Below are positions 9,645-19,036 of a DNA stretch of 64,000 nt, one piece after another. Numbering within the stretch: the first letter of the stretch is position 1; every line of letters starts with the position of its first letter. The DNA is from Escherichia phage EcS1. The stretch is from the sequence record NC_055721.1; one strand, written 5' to 3'. The notes below the pieces were generated by a model. It ran no database searches, was not told the origin of the DNA, and saw only the letters and a program-made list of their open reading frames with translations. The position numbers and the translations under genes are program-made.

Positions 9645-10351
9645 ATCTTACCTCTAATCAATTGAATCATATTAGCACTCAGAGGAAGACCTTTCACAAT
9701 TTTCTTTTTGTCTAACCATGAAAGATTTTCAAAACGAGTCAAACCTTTGATTACTATATCATAAGAATGAACAGTTTCTTCAGCTTTAGAAGCCTTAGGC
9801 TTTTTCATAATTGGATTGGCTTTATGGCCTTTCATAAGACGTTTGATTTCAGATTCACCACCAATGATACGGGCCGACAAGCCTTTCTTCATTTCTTCAG
9901 GAAGACCTTTTTGGCTCAGATGTGCCTTACGTTTATCGATATTAGCCTGGATACGATTAATAGTTTTCTTGGCTTGTTTTGAAAGCTCACATGTACCATC
10001 AGAGACTTCAGCTTCTTTAGCATCTACTGAACGAACAATACGGCCAGCGATTTCATCTCGTTTTTGGATAAGTTCAAGAAGTTCAAAGTCACTACGAGCC
10101 TTGTTATACTTTTGCTTAACTGGGATGACATTACCTTCGATATAACCTAAAGCATTGTTGAAACGTTCTAACGTGAGCTTGTCATCTTCTTTATTATCGT
10201 TAAAGAGCTCGCCTGAGTACGCACAGCGGCTTTGAGTGACAACATTTGTTAGATACTTCAATGAAAGATTAAACTCTTTAGAGCGGCGACTAGCGCTATT
10301 ATACGTATTCACTAGACGGTTAGCTATGATAACTTCTTGTGGTTTAGCCAT
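9641..10351 (-). CDS. hypothetical protein with degenerate HNH-like motif and basic C-terminal half (srd position)
   Basis: CAYSG...LTLERFNNALGYIEGNV...N..K resembles an HNH finger lacking the catalytic His; identity with T4 Srd not verifiable by eye. Confidence 0.4.
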   Translation of the reverse strand: MAKPQEVIIANRLVNTYNSASRRSKEFNLSLKYLTNVVTQSRCAYSGELFNDNKEDDKLTLERFNNALGYIEGNVIPVKQKYNKARSDFELLELIQKRDEIAGRIVRSVDAKEAEVSDGTCELSKQAKKTINRIQANIDKRKAHLSQKGLPEEMKKGLSARIIGGESEIKRLMKGHKANPIMKKPKASKAEETVHSYDIVIKGLTRFENLSWLDKKKIVKGLPLSANMIQLIRGKM

Positions 10352-10395
10352 AATATTATCCTCAGATGCTTCAAGTTAAAATGTGGTATAATGAA

Positions 10396-11004
10396 TCAAG
10401 GTCTTTTCGATTCTATCATAACAGTTACTTGGGTGTAAATAGAATCAATAGCTGTTTGATCTAGAATTATCAATTCACTTCCTGCTGGTATCATCCACTC
10501 ATCTTCTCTATTAACCATATCTAACTTATCACCACGGTCAGTAGTTCCAAAAGGTGAACTTCTAGGTCTAAACTCAGATTCTGGCGCAGCCAGCAACATA
10601 TTGATCATTTCTTGTTGAAAGTTAAATGCTTTAGGGGCATCTATAAGCTTTAAAATTGTACGTGTTTCATATACATAAGTGCCTGCGAACTGACGAGCCA
10701 TGGCAAAATCAGTCGTGAACGACGTAACACGATGACCAGTATTAAAAGTATCGCCAATATCAAGGTCTTGGATTTGACGTAATGTAGAGTGACTTATGCC
10801 ACGATACAATTCATCTGGGGCTCTTGATAAACGAGAAGAAATAACTTCATTCAAGTTCTCATGGAACTTAGGCAATAACTTATCATTCATACATTGCCAT
10901 AAGATACTTTGTTCCCAGTCATCATAACCTGAGATTAATTCTTCATAAAATGGGACTTTTGATTCATCAAATTCGATATAAGTATAAAGCATGATGTCCT
11001 CCAC
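10396..11004 (-). CDS. ADP-ribosyltransferase, ModA/ModB-like
   Basis: 202 aa, length and position of T4 ModA/ModB; R-S-E triad context (ELYRG, VTSFTTD, EDEWMIP). Only one mod copy present. Confidence 0.65.
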   Translation of the reverse strand: MEDIMLYTYIEFDESKVPFYEELISGYDDWEQSILWQCMNDKLLPKFHENLNEVISSRLSRAPDELYRGISHSTLRQIQDLDIGDTFNTGHRVTSFTTDFAMARQFAGTYVYETRTILKLIDAPKAFNFQQEMINMLLAAPESEFRPRSSPFGTTDRGDKLDMVNREDEWMIPAGSELIILDQTAIDSIYTQVTVMIESKRP

Positions 11005-11050
11005 AGTTAGGTTAGGAAGACATCATATCATGAGAGGATTTAAATGTAAA

Positions 11051-11245
11051 CTATTTTGCCCAGGGAGCCCAAGGCGGAGGGTCTATAAAGAGAGAAGATA
11101 ATTCTTGAGCTAATGCAGGCGAAATTGTGACACTATGTTTGAGACCTATACCGACAATTTCATCAGCAATTTCTTTAGATGATTTTGGAACCGGCTTTTC
11201 TTCCGGTTCAGACAGCATGTCAAACAAATCCATTACATGTACCAC
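11051..11245 (-). CDS. hypothetical protein
   Basis: 64-aa ORF. Confidence 0.35.
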   Translation of the reverse strand: MVHVMDLFDMLSEPEEKPVPKSSKEIADEIVGIGLKHSVTISPALAQELSSLFIDPPPWAPWAK

Positions 11246-11778
11246 TTCAGAGACATTTCACGATTCACTTCATGTTCATTAAAACATGTACCAATCGCTT
11301 TACGTTCTTTTTGAACAGCTTCAGACCATTCATATTCTAGTCCAATATCACCTAGGAAGTCCCAGATTTTACGAGCTATAGCATCAACATCATTTTCATG
11401 AGTAATAGCAAACTTATTACCGCCTTCATACATTTCACGACTATCATATTTGAATAAACCAGTTTCGCCATTTGGACCAATATACCCACGTCGACTAAAT
11501 GACTGGATGATACTGAACGGCGATCCTGGGATACTTTCTACATCATGAGTGTGCATTATTTCAACTAAGCCATCTTTAGGGAACTTCATATTTTCAAATT
11601 TTCGAAGCACTTGCTCATAATCGTTTCGAGTGGTCTTTAAGATAGCTAGAGTAAAGACAGGACCTTCAAAAGGAATAACACCTGAAGCACGTTTACGACT
11701 TAGTTTGATTTTGTAAATTTTTGCGCTTTCCACAAATAGCACCTTCTTCATAATTAGGATTTTCAAGGAAGAACTCAT
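11233..11778 (-). CDS. hypothetical protein (frame C of a three-frame overlapping set; possible frameshifted gene)
   Basis: 181-aa ORF; no Shine-Dalgarno at candidate internal starts; overlaps upstream ORF by 86 nt. Confidence 0.3.
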   Translation of the reverse strand: MSSSLKILIMKKVLFVESAKIYKIKLSRKRASGVIPFEGPVFTLAILKTTRNDYEQVLRKFENMKFPKDGLVEIMHTHDVESIPGSPFSIIQSFSRRGYIGPNGETGLFKYDSREMYEGGNKFAITHENDVDAIARKIWDFLGDIGLEYEWSEAVQKERKAIGTCFNEHEVNREMSLKWYM

Positions 11779-11920
11779 CAGTCATCTTCATGAGTGCCGT
11801 AGCATTCTTGATGAAGAAAGTTCTCAATTTCACAACACGATAATACATTTCAAAATCTTTAGCTTTAATCACAGCTTCCACTTCCGGAATCGGACGAACC
11901 TGAGTCATATGAACCACCAT
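11693..11920 (-). CDS. hypothetical protein (frame B; open frame extends upstream of its ATG)
   Basis: 75-aa ORF; protein-like sequence continues upstream of the first ATG, suggesting fusion with the neighbouring frame. Confidence 0.3.
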   Translation of the reverse strand: MVVHMTQVRPIPEVEAVIKAKDFEMYYRVVKLRTFFIKNATALMKMTDEFFLENPNYEEGAICGKRKNLQNQTKS

Positions 11921-12248
11921 CGTTTGAACAGCTTCTTGAGCTTGAGTGAGAAGGACTTGAGTAGCCGCCTGTTGAAACGTGAGTCATTGCAACTAGATTC
12001 ATATCATTATCATAACGACGTTGTTCTTGGCGATTCCTAATGGCCTGAGTGTCAAAAGGGCGAGCATTCTTACCTACATTACCTGCCTTTACAGCTTTCC
12101 GTTCAACAGTAACTTCTTCGATCATACCATCACCAACATAAATGTATTCACGAACTGTATTATCGCTTAAATCTAAAAATTGCGCTTTTGGTTCTTCAAA
12201 CAAACTTTTAATCCACTTAATCATAATCACCTCGGTTTTGAATATCAT
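11865..12248 (-). CDS. hypothetical protein (frame A; Ser/Gly-rich out-of-frame-looking tail)
   Basis: 127-aa ORF ending in SSPSHSSSRSCSNDGGSYDSGSSDSGSGSCD, which overlaps the protein-like frame B. Confidence 0.3.
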   Translation of the reverse strand: MIFKTEVIMIKWIKSLFEEPKAQFLDLSDNTVREYIYVGDGMIEEVTVERKAVKAGNVGKNARPFDTQAIRNRQEQRRYDNDMNLVAMTHVSTGGYSSPSHSSSRSCSNDGGSYDSGSSDSGSGSCD

Positions 12249-12260
12249 ATCACTTCTATT

Positions 12261-12292
12261 AAAAGCAAAAAAGGACTCCCAAAGGAGTCCTT
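12261..12292 (-). terminator. rho-independent terminator downstream of soc
   Basis: aaggactcc-caaa-ggagtcctt hairpin preceded on the plus strand by a 10-nt A-run. Confidence 0.6.
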
Positions 12293-12296
12293 ATCA

Positions 12297-12533
12297 TTAT
12301 GGGTTAGGAGTCACTTCAAATAATTTCTTATTGAAAGTAATCCATGCATCCAATTGTCCATCTTCAAACTTGTTAGTGGTATAAAGAGCCGTATCAGATA
12401 GACTCAAATGATACTGAGTACCTGCAATCTGATGAGCTGTAGAATAAACACTAAAAGCGATTGAAACTTCTTGACCTTTGATAGTGCCATCTTTAACAGC
12501 ACGGTCTTTAGTCTTGATATTAACGTAATTCAT
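12297..12533 (-). CDS. soc: small outer capsid protein Soc
   Basis: 78 aa; YVNIKT...GKE.S.AF..YS..H.I.G..Y matches my recollection of T4 Soc; late promoter upstream, terminator downstream. Confidence 0.8.
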   Translation of the reverse strand: MNYVNIKTKDRAVKDGTIKGQEVSIAFSVYSTAHQIAGTQYHLSLSDTALYTTNKFEDGQLDAWITFNKKLFEVTPNP

Positions 12534-12560
12534 AAATTTCTCCTATTTAATTACAGGAGT

Positions 12561-12568
12561 ATTTATAT
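12561..12568 (-). promoter_or_regulatory. T4 late promoter (TATAAATA) for soc
   Basis: Plus-strand tatttata = TATAAATA on the coding strand, about 28 nt upstream of the soc ATG, followed by AGGAG. Confidence 0.55.
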
Positions 12569-13104
12569 TAATAGCCTCTGTCTTGTCGAGCAAAATTCTC
12601 TGCATTTTTCAGATAATATAGTTCGAAGATTTCTTTTGAATCCATACCAAGAGCCATGAACATATTCAACACGAAATGCATGATATCAATCATTTCGAAT
12701 TTAATTTCGAGTTGGTCAGCATTAGTCATATTAGAAATCTTTTTGGCGTTAGCTTCTATGTGACGTGCTTTCCATTTTTTCCATACGGCACTTGCATCTT
12801 TATCACCACGAGACATTTCACCAAGAGATGTAATCAGTTCTTGGAACTCGTCATCAATACACATTTTCTGGTCACGCAACCAATTTAATACTTCACCAGC
12901 AGTTTCTAGCGAATCTGGGTGACGATTAGTGAAAGGTTTATCTTCAGCCAAACGGACTTGTAAAGATTTCTGCATGTCAAGCATAACCTGCAGAGGGTCT
13001 TTATGTTCTTGTACTAATGTGCTGTAATACACTTCTTTAGCTTTATCAGCACCAGCAATCAAACCACTACATTCATTAAAGTGAGCCATTTTATTTCCTT
13101 TCAA
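12568..13104 (-). CDS. 56: dCTP pyrophosphatase gp56 (MazG-like)
   Basis: 178 aa, all-alpha MazG-like composition with acidic E..E..D motifs; position between soc and 61 as in T4. Confidence 0.75.
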   Translation of the reverse strand: MKGNKMAHFNECSGLIAGADKAKEVYYSTLVQEHKDPLQVMLDMQKSLQVRLAEDKPFTNRHPDSLETAGEVLNWLRDQKMCIDDEFQELITSLGEMSRGDKDASAVWKKWKARHIEANAKKISNMTNADQLEIKFEMIDIMHFVLNMFMALGMDSKEIFELYYLKNAENFARQDRGY

Positions 13105-13128
13105 TTCAAGTAGAAATCAATTATACCA

Positions 13129-13428
13129 TTAAAGTTTGTAAGCATCAGTTGTGACATAACCTAAGTCTTCAGAGATTTCACGATACTTTTGAAGCTTATC
13201 TGTTTTGTCTAGGATACGATTCGTTGAAGGAGCGAATTCAAAATCAGAATGCCACTTAACATATTCAATACATGCTAATACATCGGTTAGCTCATTATAA
13301 AGTTTTTCACGATTGGTTTCACCTTCATATTCCGAGTCAAAACCAAACTGAATAATTTTAGAACAGATTTGTGCAACTTCATTGCACTCTTCGGATAATT
13401 TTAACAACGAGTGTTGTAAGCGATTCAT
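13129..13428 (-). CDS. small MazG-like NTP pyrophosphohydrolase-like protein
   Basis: 99 aa; LSEECNEVAQ...EKLYNELTDVLACIEYV fits the MazG EE..E...E..D pattern; sits where T4 has 61.x/sp/dam. Confidence 0.45.
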   Translation of the reverse strand: MNRLQHSLLKLSEECNEVAQICSKIIQFGFDSEYEGETNREKLYNELTDVLACIEYVKWHSDFEFAPSTNRILDKTDKLQKYREISEDLGYVTTDAYKL

Positions 13429-14450
13429 TATACTTTCCTATATCGGCTCATACGCATTTTCGCCATGAGACCTTGTTCAGTGTTGTTACGAATATAACTC
13501 ATAATTTCTTCAGCAGTTGCGCCATCATCTTTAATCATATCGTTGATGTCTTTTGATTTCCAAGGGGATTTATCCCAGAAAACAACACGCTCACCTGCTT
13601 CAATAAGTTTGTTCATACGCTTTACAGTATCTGGATGACGTGGTTCATTATCCATAATCCAAATACGGTTATCTTTATAAGGAACTACATTCAAATCCAA
13701 TGACCCGCCTGTGATGGCAATAGCATTATCGATGAACAATGAGTCTATTGGTCCTTCCATGACGTATATGTCTTTGCGTTCGTCAACTGTATCTGTTCCA
13801 TATATCTTGGTCGCTTGGTCATGTGCTTTAATTGTGATGTACTTTTGAGGTGCATCTTTTCTGAGAGCTCGTCCTTGGAATGATTCGATTTCTTTATTTC
13901 GGTTGAAGATAGGAATAACCAAGCGTGGTTCATTCTTTTCATTCGCGTAGGTCCCAGGATTAATTGTGTTGACCAAAGCAGGCCATTGCATAGTGAACCA
14001 TAATCTATCCCATCGTTTCTTAGGGATGCATCGAGCTTCTACATATTTCACAATTGGATGGTCATCTGGTAAACGATCAAGCCGTACACAGTATTCCAAT
14101 TTTTCGATCTTAGGGAGTTTAGCCTTAAATAAAGGTTCTTCTGATTTTTGAACAGGTCGTTCAGATATTTTAGCCTTACGTTTCTCTAAAAGATATTCAC
14201 GATACAAAGGTTCGTCATAATCTTTAAGATATTGAGACACCCATGAATCATAATCACAGTTAAAACAGTGAAAGCGAACACCATCATTAGCAGGATAAGC
14301 CCAGAAACGAGCCTTATGTTCATCTCTTAACGAGTCACCACAAATAGGACATCTTGCATTTAATTTAAAGTCCGAACCAGTAACACGTCTGAATCTTGGT
14401 AATATACTGAACACTCGTTCTGCATATTCTCTATCAACCCAACTACTCAT
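13428..14450 (-). CDS. 61: DNA primase gp61
   Basis: 340 aa; zinc ribbon CPICGDS...HCFNCDY and extensive match to my recollection of T4 gp61 (PRLVIPI.N, FQGRAL.KDAPQKYITI, LDNEPRHPDT). Confidence 0.9.
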   Translation of the reverse strand: MSSWVDREYAERVFSILPRFRRVTGSDFKLNARCPICGDSLRDEHKARFWAYPANDGVRFHCFNCDYDSWVSQYLKDYDEPLYREYLLEKRKAKISERPVQKSEEPLFKAKLPKIEKLEYCVRLDRLPDDHPIVKYVEARCIPKKRWDRLWFTMQWPALVNTINPGTYANEKNEPRLVIPIFNRNKEIESFQGRALRKDAPQKYITIKAHDQATKIYGTDTVDERKDIYVMEGPIDSLFIDNAIAITGGSLDLNVVPYKDNRIWIMDNEPRHPDTVKRMNKLIEAGERVVFWDKSPWKSKDINDMIKDDGATAEEIMSYIRNNTEQGLMAKMRMSRYRKV

Positions 14451-14460
14451 TGAGCCTCCT

Positions 14461-14492
14461 AAACAAAAATGGGCCTCTTAATAGAGACCCAT
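14461..14492 (-). terminator. terminator-like hairpin
   Basis: A-run then gggcctct-taat-agagaccc hairpin (one G-U pair) between the upstream ORF and gene 61 start. Confidence 0.45.
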
Positions 14493-14496
14493 CTTA

Positions 14497-14964
14497 TCAC
14501 AACTTATTTGGATTAATTTTAAGACGCTTACGCTTTTTAGCCTTAATAACTTCAGGACCTTTATTTGTAATAGCACCGGTTGTAGTTCCAGTAGCAATAT
14601 TAGAAACACTACCACCCGAATCGCCTGCAACCATTTCTTCGAACAATGGAAGAGCTTGGAATATCTCTTTTTGTTCTGATTCAGTTATTTTAAAACGAGA
14701 CGCAACTGCCGACCAGGCGGACATCGCACTGGATATACCAGCAAGCCCTGGGACAGTTGTAATCATTCGTTTCATTGAACGAACAGCAGCATGAAATGGG
14801 GTGTAAGATTCCTTTTCGCCTGGAGTTTGTGGACGCTTCAGGACAGAACCTTTTTCGTCTATAATTCCATTTTTAAAGGCACCCCATTCAGAAAAATCTT
14901 TTTGCATTAATCGCACAAACTTATATGCGTAAACACTATCTACAGCAGTTTTAATAGGTATCAT
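14497..14964 (-). CDS. hypothetical protein
   Basis: 155-aa ORF between helicase 41 and primase 61; Gly/Ser/Thr-rich central region, basic C-terminus. Confidence 0.4.
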   Translation of the reverse strand: MIPIKTAVDSVYAYKFVRLMQKDFSEWGAFKNGIIDEKGSVLKRPQTPGEKESYTPFHAAVRSMKRMITTVPGLAGISSAMSAWSAVASRFKITESEQKEIFQALPLFEEMVAGDSGGSVSNIATGTTTGAITNKGPEVIKAKKRKRLKINPNKL

Positions 14965-14980
14965 AGTACCCTCCTATTAT

Positions 14981-15412
14981 TTAATAGGGCTCAGGTGCTG
15001 CGAAACGAGGAGGCTTCATTTTATCACGTTCCATAAATGCTTCAAAGATTTGGTCATCGACTGATTTTACTTCAGATACGAAGCATTCAAATCCTTCAAT
15101 GAGGTCTACATATTTCTCAGACTCAGGCCAAATAGAAACTAAAGATGCGAATGCATGATGACTAAATGAGACTTTAAAATCGTGTTTATTTGGGTTGCAT
15201 GCTTCTATAAAATCAACAAGCAAATCAAATGACATCTTTTTATTAGTGAATCCACCTATTAGATAGTCTTTTACTTTAGCATAAGCGACACGACCTGTAC
15301 TATGAAATTGAATAATTCCATCTGGGTCTCTGGTTAGATTGTTATTATTCAAATACAGTCCAAAAGTCCAACCACTCATATTAATGATTTTTGCTTCAAC
15401 TAATTGATTCAT
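14981..15412 (-). CDS. hypothetical protein
   Basis: 143-aa ORF. Confidence 0.4.
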   Translation of the reverse strand: MNQLVEAKIINMSGWTFGLYLNNNNLTRDPDGIIQFHSTGRVAYAKVKDYLIGGFTNKKMSFDLLVDFIEACNPNKHDFKVSFSHHAFASLVSIWPESEKYVDLIEGFECFVSEVKSVDDQIFEAFMERDKMKPPRFAAPEPY

Positions 15413-15663
15413 AGGTCCTCTTTTTCATATAATTCAAGAGCTTTCATTTCTTTACGAAATTCTTTTTGTTGACGACGAATTTGACGTTTGGACGGGCGAG
15501 TTACAAAAACTTTAGCTGAAACACAACCGAATCGTAACTTATCAGATGCATCTTGGTCAATAATGAGTTCAAAGGAGGCTTTGAAACTATACTCGGCTTT
15601 AGTGCCTTTTGCGTATACAAAGCCTGGGTAGTAATGAATATAAGTTTTCATCCTAGAATCCAT
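15409..15663 (-). CDS. hypothetical basic protein
   Basis: 84-aa ORF; start overlaps the upstream stop. Confidence 0.4.
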   Translation of the reverse strand: MDSRMKTYIHYYPGFVYAKGTKAEYSFKASFELIIDQDASDKLRFGCVSAKVFVTRPSKRQIRRQQKEFRKEMKALELYEKEDL

Positions 15664-15941
15664 TTAGCGAGTTCAGCGTTATCAAAAGATGCATCGCAGT
15701 ACATGTTGTAGTTCAGATTCATTGCTGCGCCTTCACCACTAATAGCAGCCATAACAGCTTTCAATGAACCTGGGTTATGAATCTCAACATTCTTACGAAC
15801 ATCAGCCCGGATTTGTGTTTCAACATCAGCTTGCGGTTCAGACATAGACCATTCGCACATATCTTTATCTAAGTTAGCCATCGCTGGCGCTGCAGAACAT
15901 GATGCAAGAGCTAAAGATAATACAACTACAATACGTTTCAT
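15648..15941 (-). CDS. sp: spackle-like periplasmic protein (signal peptide)
   Basis: From ATG 15939-15941: MKRIVVVLSLALASCSAAPAMA...DKDMCEWSM; resembles my recollection of T4 Sp; GAGGA Shine-Dalgarno. Caller start at 15971 is less likely. Confidence 0.5.
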   Translation of the reverse strand: MKRIVVVLSLALASCSAAPAMANLDKDMCEWSMSEPQADVETQIRADVRKNVEIHNPGSLKAVMAAISGEGAAMNLNYNMYCDASFDNAELAKWILG

Positions 15942-15995
15942 TTTGTTATCCTCAATTTGTTCAAACATCATACCACATCCTTGTGGTAATGTAAA

Positions 15996-17426
15996 CTAGA
16001 ATTTTAAGTTAGCAGCTAATTCATCAAGAGCACCACGGTCTACACGAGATTGACGACCAACTTCAGCTTGTTTCTGCATAGCGCCAGCAGCTTCATTTAC
16101 TGTGTTCGTCTGTGTAGGCAAATCTGTGTTCTCAACTTCATACCATCGTTGGTTACCTTTCTTAACACCTACTTGGAACTTGTTGATGTAGTTCTTATCA
16201 CCATAACGAGACTTAATCTGTTTGAATAATTGTACACCCATTTGTGCAAATTCTTCTGTCTCAATAATAGCCAGCATAAAGTCTGCTGTCGCTGGAAGAC
16301 CCGCCGATTCTGCAACGTCAGCCATATCGATATCGCTTGCGTCCCAAGCACCACGACCAACCTGAGCGCCAGTCCACAAAATTGTATTAGTTTCCACTGC
16401 GAAACCACGAAGTTCTTCTGCTACAGCTTTAACAATCGCGTAACTATTTTCACTGAATTGCTTGATACGAGAACTACCACAGATAGCCAAGTAGTCAATA
16501 ATGACAACATCAGGAACAAAGTTTGCTTTCAGTTTCAGTTCATTTAAGTAAGCACGGAATGTGTTAGCATTCGCACCACCAGTTGGATATTGTTTAATCT
16601 TTAGACGGCCAAGTGTATTACTTTCACGCCATTTTTCCATCTTAGCTTTGTATTCAGCATAAGAAATATTACCGTCATCAATATCATCTAATGTGACATC
16701 AATAAGGTTTGAGTCGATACGCTTAGCACATACTTCCTCTGCCATCTCCATGGAGATATAGAGGACATTAAGACCAGACTGTAGATAATCAGCAGCTAAT
16801 GAACAAAGTCCCAAGGACTTACCCACGTTAACCCCTGCCATCAATACGTTTAATGTCTTACGTTCGGCACCACCTTTAGTGATACGGTTCAGAATATTCA
16901 GACGGAATGGAATCTTAGCTGTCTTGTTTTGATACGATTCCCAACGTTCTTCATAATCATCCATCCAGTCATGACCAAGTTCAGCATCAAAACAAATAGC
17001 CAATGCGTCACGCATGATGTCTGGTATTGCGCCTACATCAGGAAGTTTTTTATTCTGTTTATCTTTCGGCAGATCGGCATTAGTCTGGATTTCAATAATA
17101 CGAGAAGTGGCATTATACATAGCCGCTTTTTGGACATATTTCTCAGTTTCTTTAACTAACCAATCTTGGTCCTCATTAGTCATAGCCAATGAGCCAAGAA
17201 GATTCTTAGCGCCAGAAACTTCTACTTCAGATGCAGTACTATTGTCTAAAGCGATGTCTAAAGCATTTTTAGTAGGGATGACAGAGTATTCATTTACATG
17301 TTCTTTCATTACTTTGAATAGAGTCTGTGCAGGACCCGAATCAAAATAGTCTGCAGCCATATAAGGCCACACCTTTGTAAAATACCCTTGGTTAAAGAGT
17401 AATTGGGCTAAAATTGTTTCTACCAC
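15996..17426 (-). CDS. 41: replicative DNA helicase gp41 (DnaB-like)
   Basis: 476 aa; Walker A GVNVGKS, RecA-like core; length and position of T4 gp41. Confidence 0.9.
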   Translation of the reverse strand: MVETILAQLLFNQGYFTKVWPYMAADYFDSGPAQTLFKVMKEHVNEYSVIPTKNALDIALDNSTASEVEVSGAKNLLGSLAMTNEDQDWLVKETEKYVQKAAMYNATSRIIEIQTNADLPKDKQNKKLPDVGAIPDIMRDALAICFDAELGHDWMDDYEERWESYQNKTAKIPFRLNILNRITKGGAERKTLNVLMAGVNVGKSLGLCSLAADYLQSGLNVLYISMEMAEEVCAKRIDSNLIDVTLDDIDDGNISYAEYKAKMEKWRESNTLGRLKIKQYPTGGANANTFRAYLNELKLKANFVPDVVIIDYLAICGSSRIKQFSENSYAIVKAVAEELRGFAVETNTILWTGAQVGRGAWDASDIDMADVAESAGLPATADFMLAIIETEEFAQMGVQLFKQIKSRYGDKNYINKFQVGVKKGNQRWYEVENTDLPTQTNTVNEAAGAMQKQAEVGRQSRVDRGALDELAANLKF

Positions 17427-17436
17427 TTTGACCTCA

Positions 17437-17802
17437 TTATAATTGATACCATTTTGGTTTTATTTCACTTAATGCCTGTTGAATCTGTATCATAATACAT
17501 TTTTCAACGTGTTCGGCCAGTTCGGCTTTTCTTTCTTCAGATGGAGTCCCGAAATCAACAGTACATTCACCTTTTGGTGAAATATTAATCCCAGTAACAT
17601 ATACGATATGAGGAGTCCCATCAGGCAAGGTAAGCAATATTTCTTGCTTCACTCGACCCATAGACTCCTTAATTATTTTTAGAGACCTCTCATAGAAACG
17701 AGAGTCCTCGTTTGAGGACTCCTCTTCTGTTTCTACTTCGAAATTACTGAGGTCTGCTAAATCAGCATCAGTAACATTATTCATCTTCACCTGCGAAATC
17801 AT
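17437..17802 (-). CDS. 40: hypothetical protein at gene 40 position
   Basis: 121-aa acidic ORF between uvsX and 41; assignment by position only. Confidence 0.4.
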   Translation of the reverse strand: MISQVKMNNVTDADLADLSNFEVETEEESSNEDSRFYERSLKIIKESMGRVKQEILLTLPDGTPHIVYVTGINISPKGECTVDFGTPSEERKAELAEHVEKCIMIQIQQALSEIKPKWYQL

Positions 17803-18952
17803 CTAATTCGGATTCAATATCAGCAGCACTGACGCCTTTTGATTCAGGCACAATGAACTTTTCAACTTTAGACATAATCAAATCATCAACTTCAGCATCA
17901 ACTGTAGCGTTAGAATCGATTGCACCTAATTGATAATGACGTTTGATTGCTTCACGGAATGGTTCATGTTTGAACAATGGAGACCAGAACTCAGTTGAGC
18001 TTGTGTCTTTTGCTCGCCATGATTTTTCTTCACGAATCATTTCACCCGTTTCGATGTCAAGATATTCACGTGAATACCAACCATTCTTAGGTTTAACAAC
18101 AAAGCCTAAGGTCTGAGCCATATCAAGTAGACCAGAATAAGGGTCAATACCACCATCAAATTTAACGTCAATAAAGAACTTAGATTTCTCTTTAACCGCA
18201 CGAGATTTCTCTGCATTCAATACGAACTGGAAGCCTTCAAGTTCTTTACCGGCTTCTTTAATCTGACGTTTACCAATAATGAATACGGTGTCAGCAGAAT
18301 ACATCACACCGGTACCACCAGTCATGACAGTCTTACTAAACATTTCCATAGTTTCGATGGTATGGTTAACCGCAACACAAGGGATGTCTTTAATACTGAA
18401 GAACGGAGTAACGATACGGAACAGAGACTTCAGCTGCTTAGCACGAGTCATATCGGCTACAGTTTTCTCGTTCAATGCATCTTCTGTTTCTTTCTTAGAA
18501 GCCATATTACCAATTGAGTCGATGAAGATAATAACCTTCTCACCACGTTCAATTGCTTCAAGTTGGTTTACCATATCAATCTTCAGTTGTTCTACTGACT
18601 GGATCGGTGTATGGATAACACGTTCTGGGTCAACTTTCATTGCACGCAGATAAGCTTCAGAGATACCGAATTCACTATCATAGAACAGACAGATAGCTTC
18701 TGGGTATTTGTTCATGTATGCTGAAACCATCGTTAAACCCATGTTGGATTTAAAGTGTTTAGAAGGACCAGCAAAGATTGTTAAGCCTGATTGCATACCA
18801 CCATCAAGGGCACCAGAGATTGCGATATTCAGCATCGGAATCTTTGTACGAACCACATCTTTATCATTGAAGAACTTTGACTTAGTCAGTTCAGCAGTCA
18901 TTTTAGAGGTGGATGCTTTAATCAGACGAGATTTCAGGTCAGCGAGTGCCAT
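17777..18952 (-). CDS. uvsX: UvsX recombinase (RecA-like)
   Basis: 391 aa; long identical runs with my recollection of T4 UvsX (DLKSRLIKASTSK.TAELT.SKFFN.KDVVRTKIPM.NIA.SG, GPSK.FKSN.GLTMVS.YM). Confidence 0.95.
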   Translation of the reverse strand: MALADLKSRLIKASTSKMTAELTKSKFFNDKDVVRTKIPMLNIAISGALDGGMQSGLTIFAGPSKHFKSNMGLTMVSAYMNKYPEAICLFYDSEFGISEAYLRAMKVDPERVIHTPIQSVEQLKIDMVNQLEAIERGEKVIIFIDSIGNMASKKETEDALNEKTVADMTRAKQLKSLFRIVTPFFSIKDIPCVAVNHTIETMEMFSKTVMTGGTGVMYSADTVFIIGKRQIKEAGKELEGFQFVLNAEKSRAVKEKSKFFIDVKFDGGIDPYSGLLDMAQTLGFVVKPKNGWYSREYLDIETGEMIREEKSWRAKDTSSTEFWSPLFKHEPFREAIKRHYQLGAIDSNATVDAEVDDLIMSKVEKFIVPESKGVSAADIESELDDFAGEDE

Positions 18953-19003
18953 TCATTATATTCCATATTTCTCCATTATATTTTTCTCACAGGTTTAAAG
19001 GAT

Positions 19004-19036
19004 AGTTTATATTAACACTAAATGATTAAAGCAGGC
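19004..19036 (-). promoter_or_regulatory. T4 middle promoter-like element (MotA box + -10) upstream of uvsX
   Basis: Coding strand CTGCTTTAA (MotA-box-like TGCTTtA) followed about 14 nt later by TAATAT. Confidence 0.4.
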
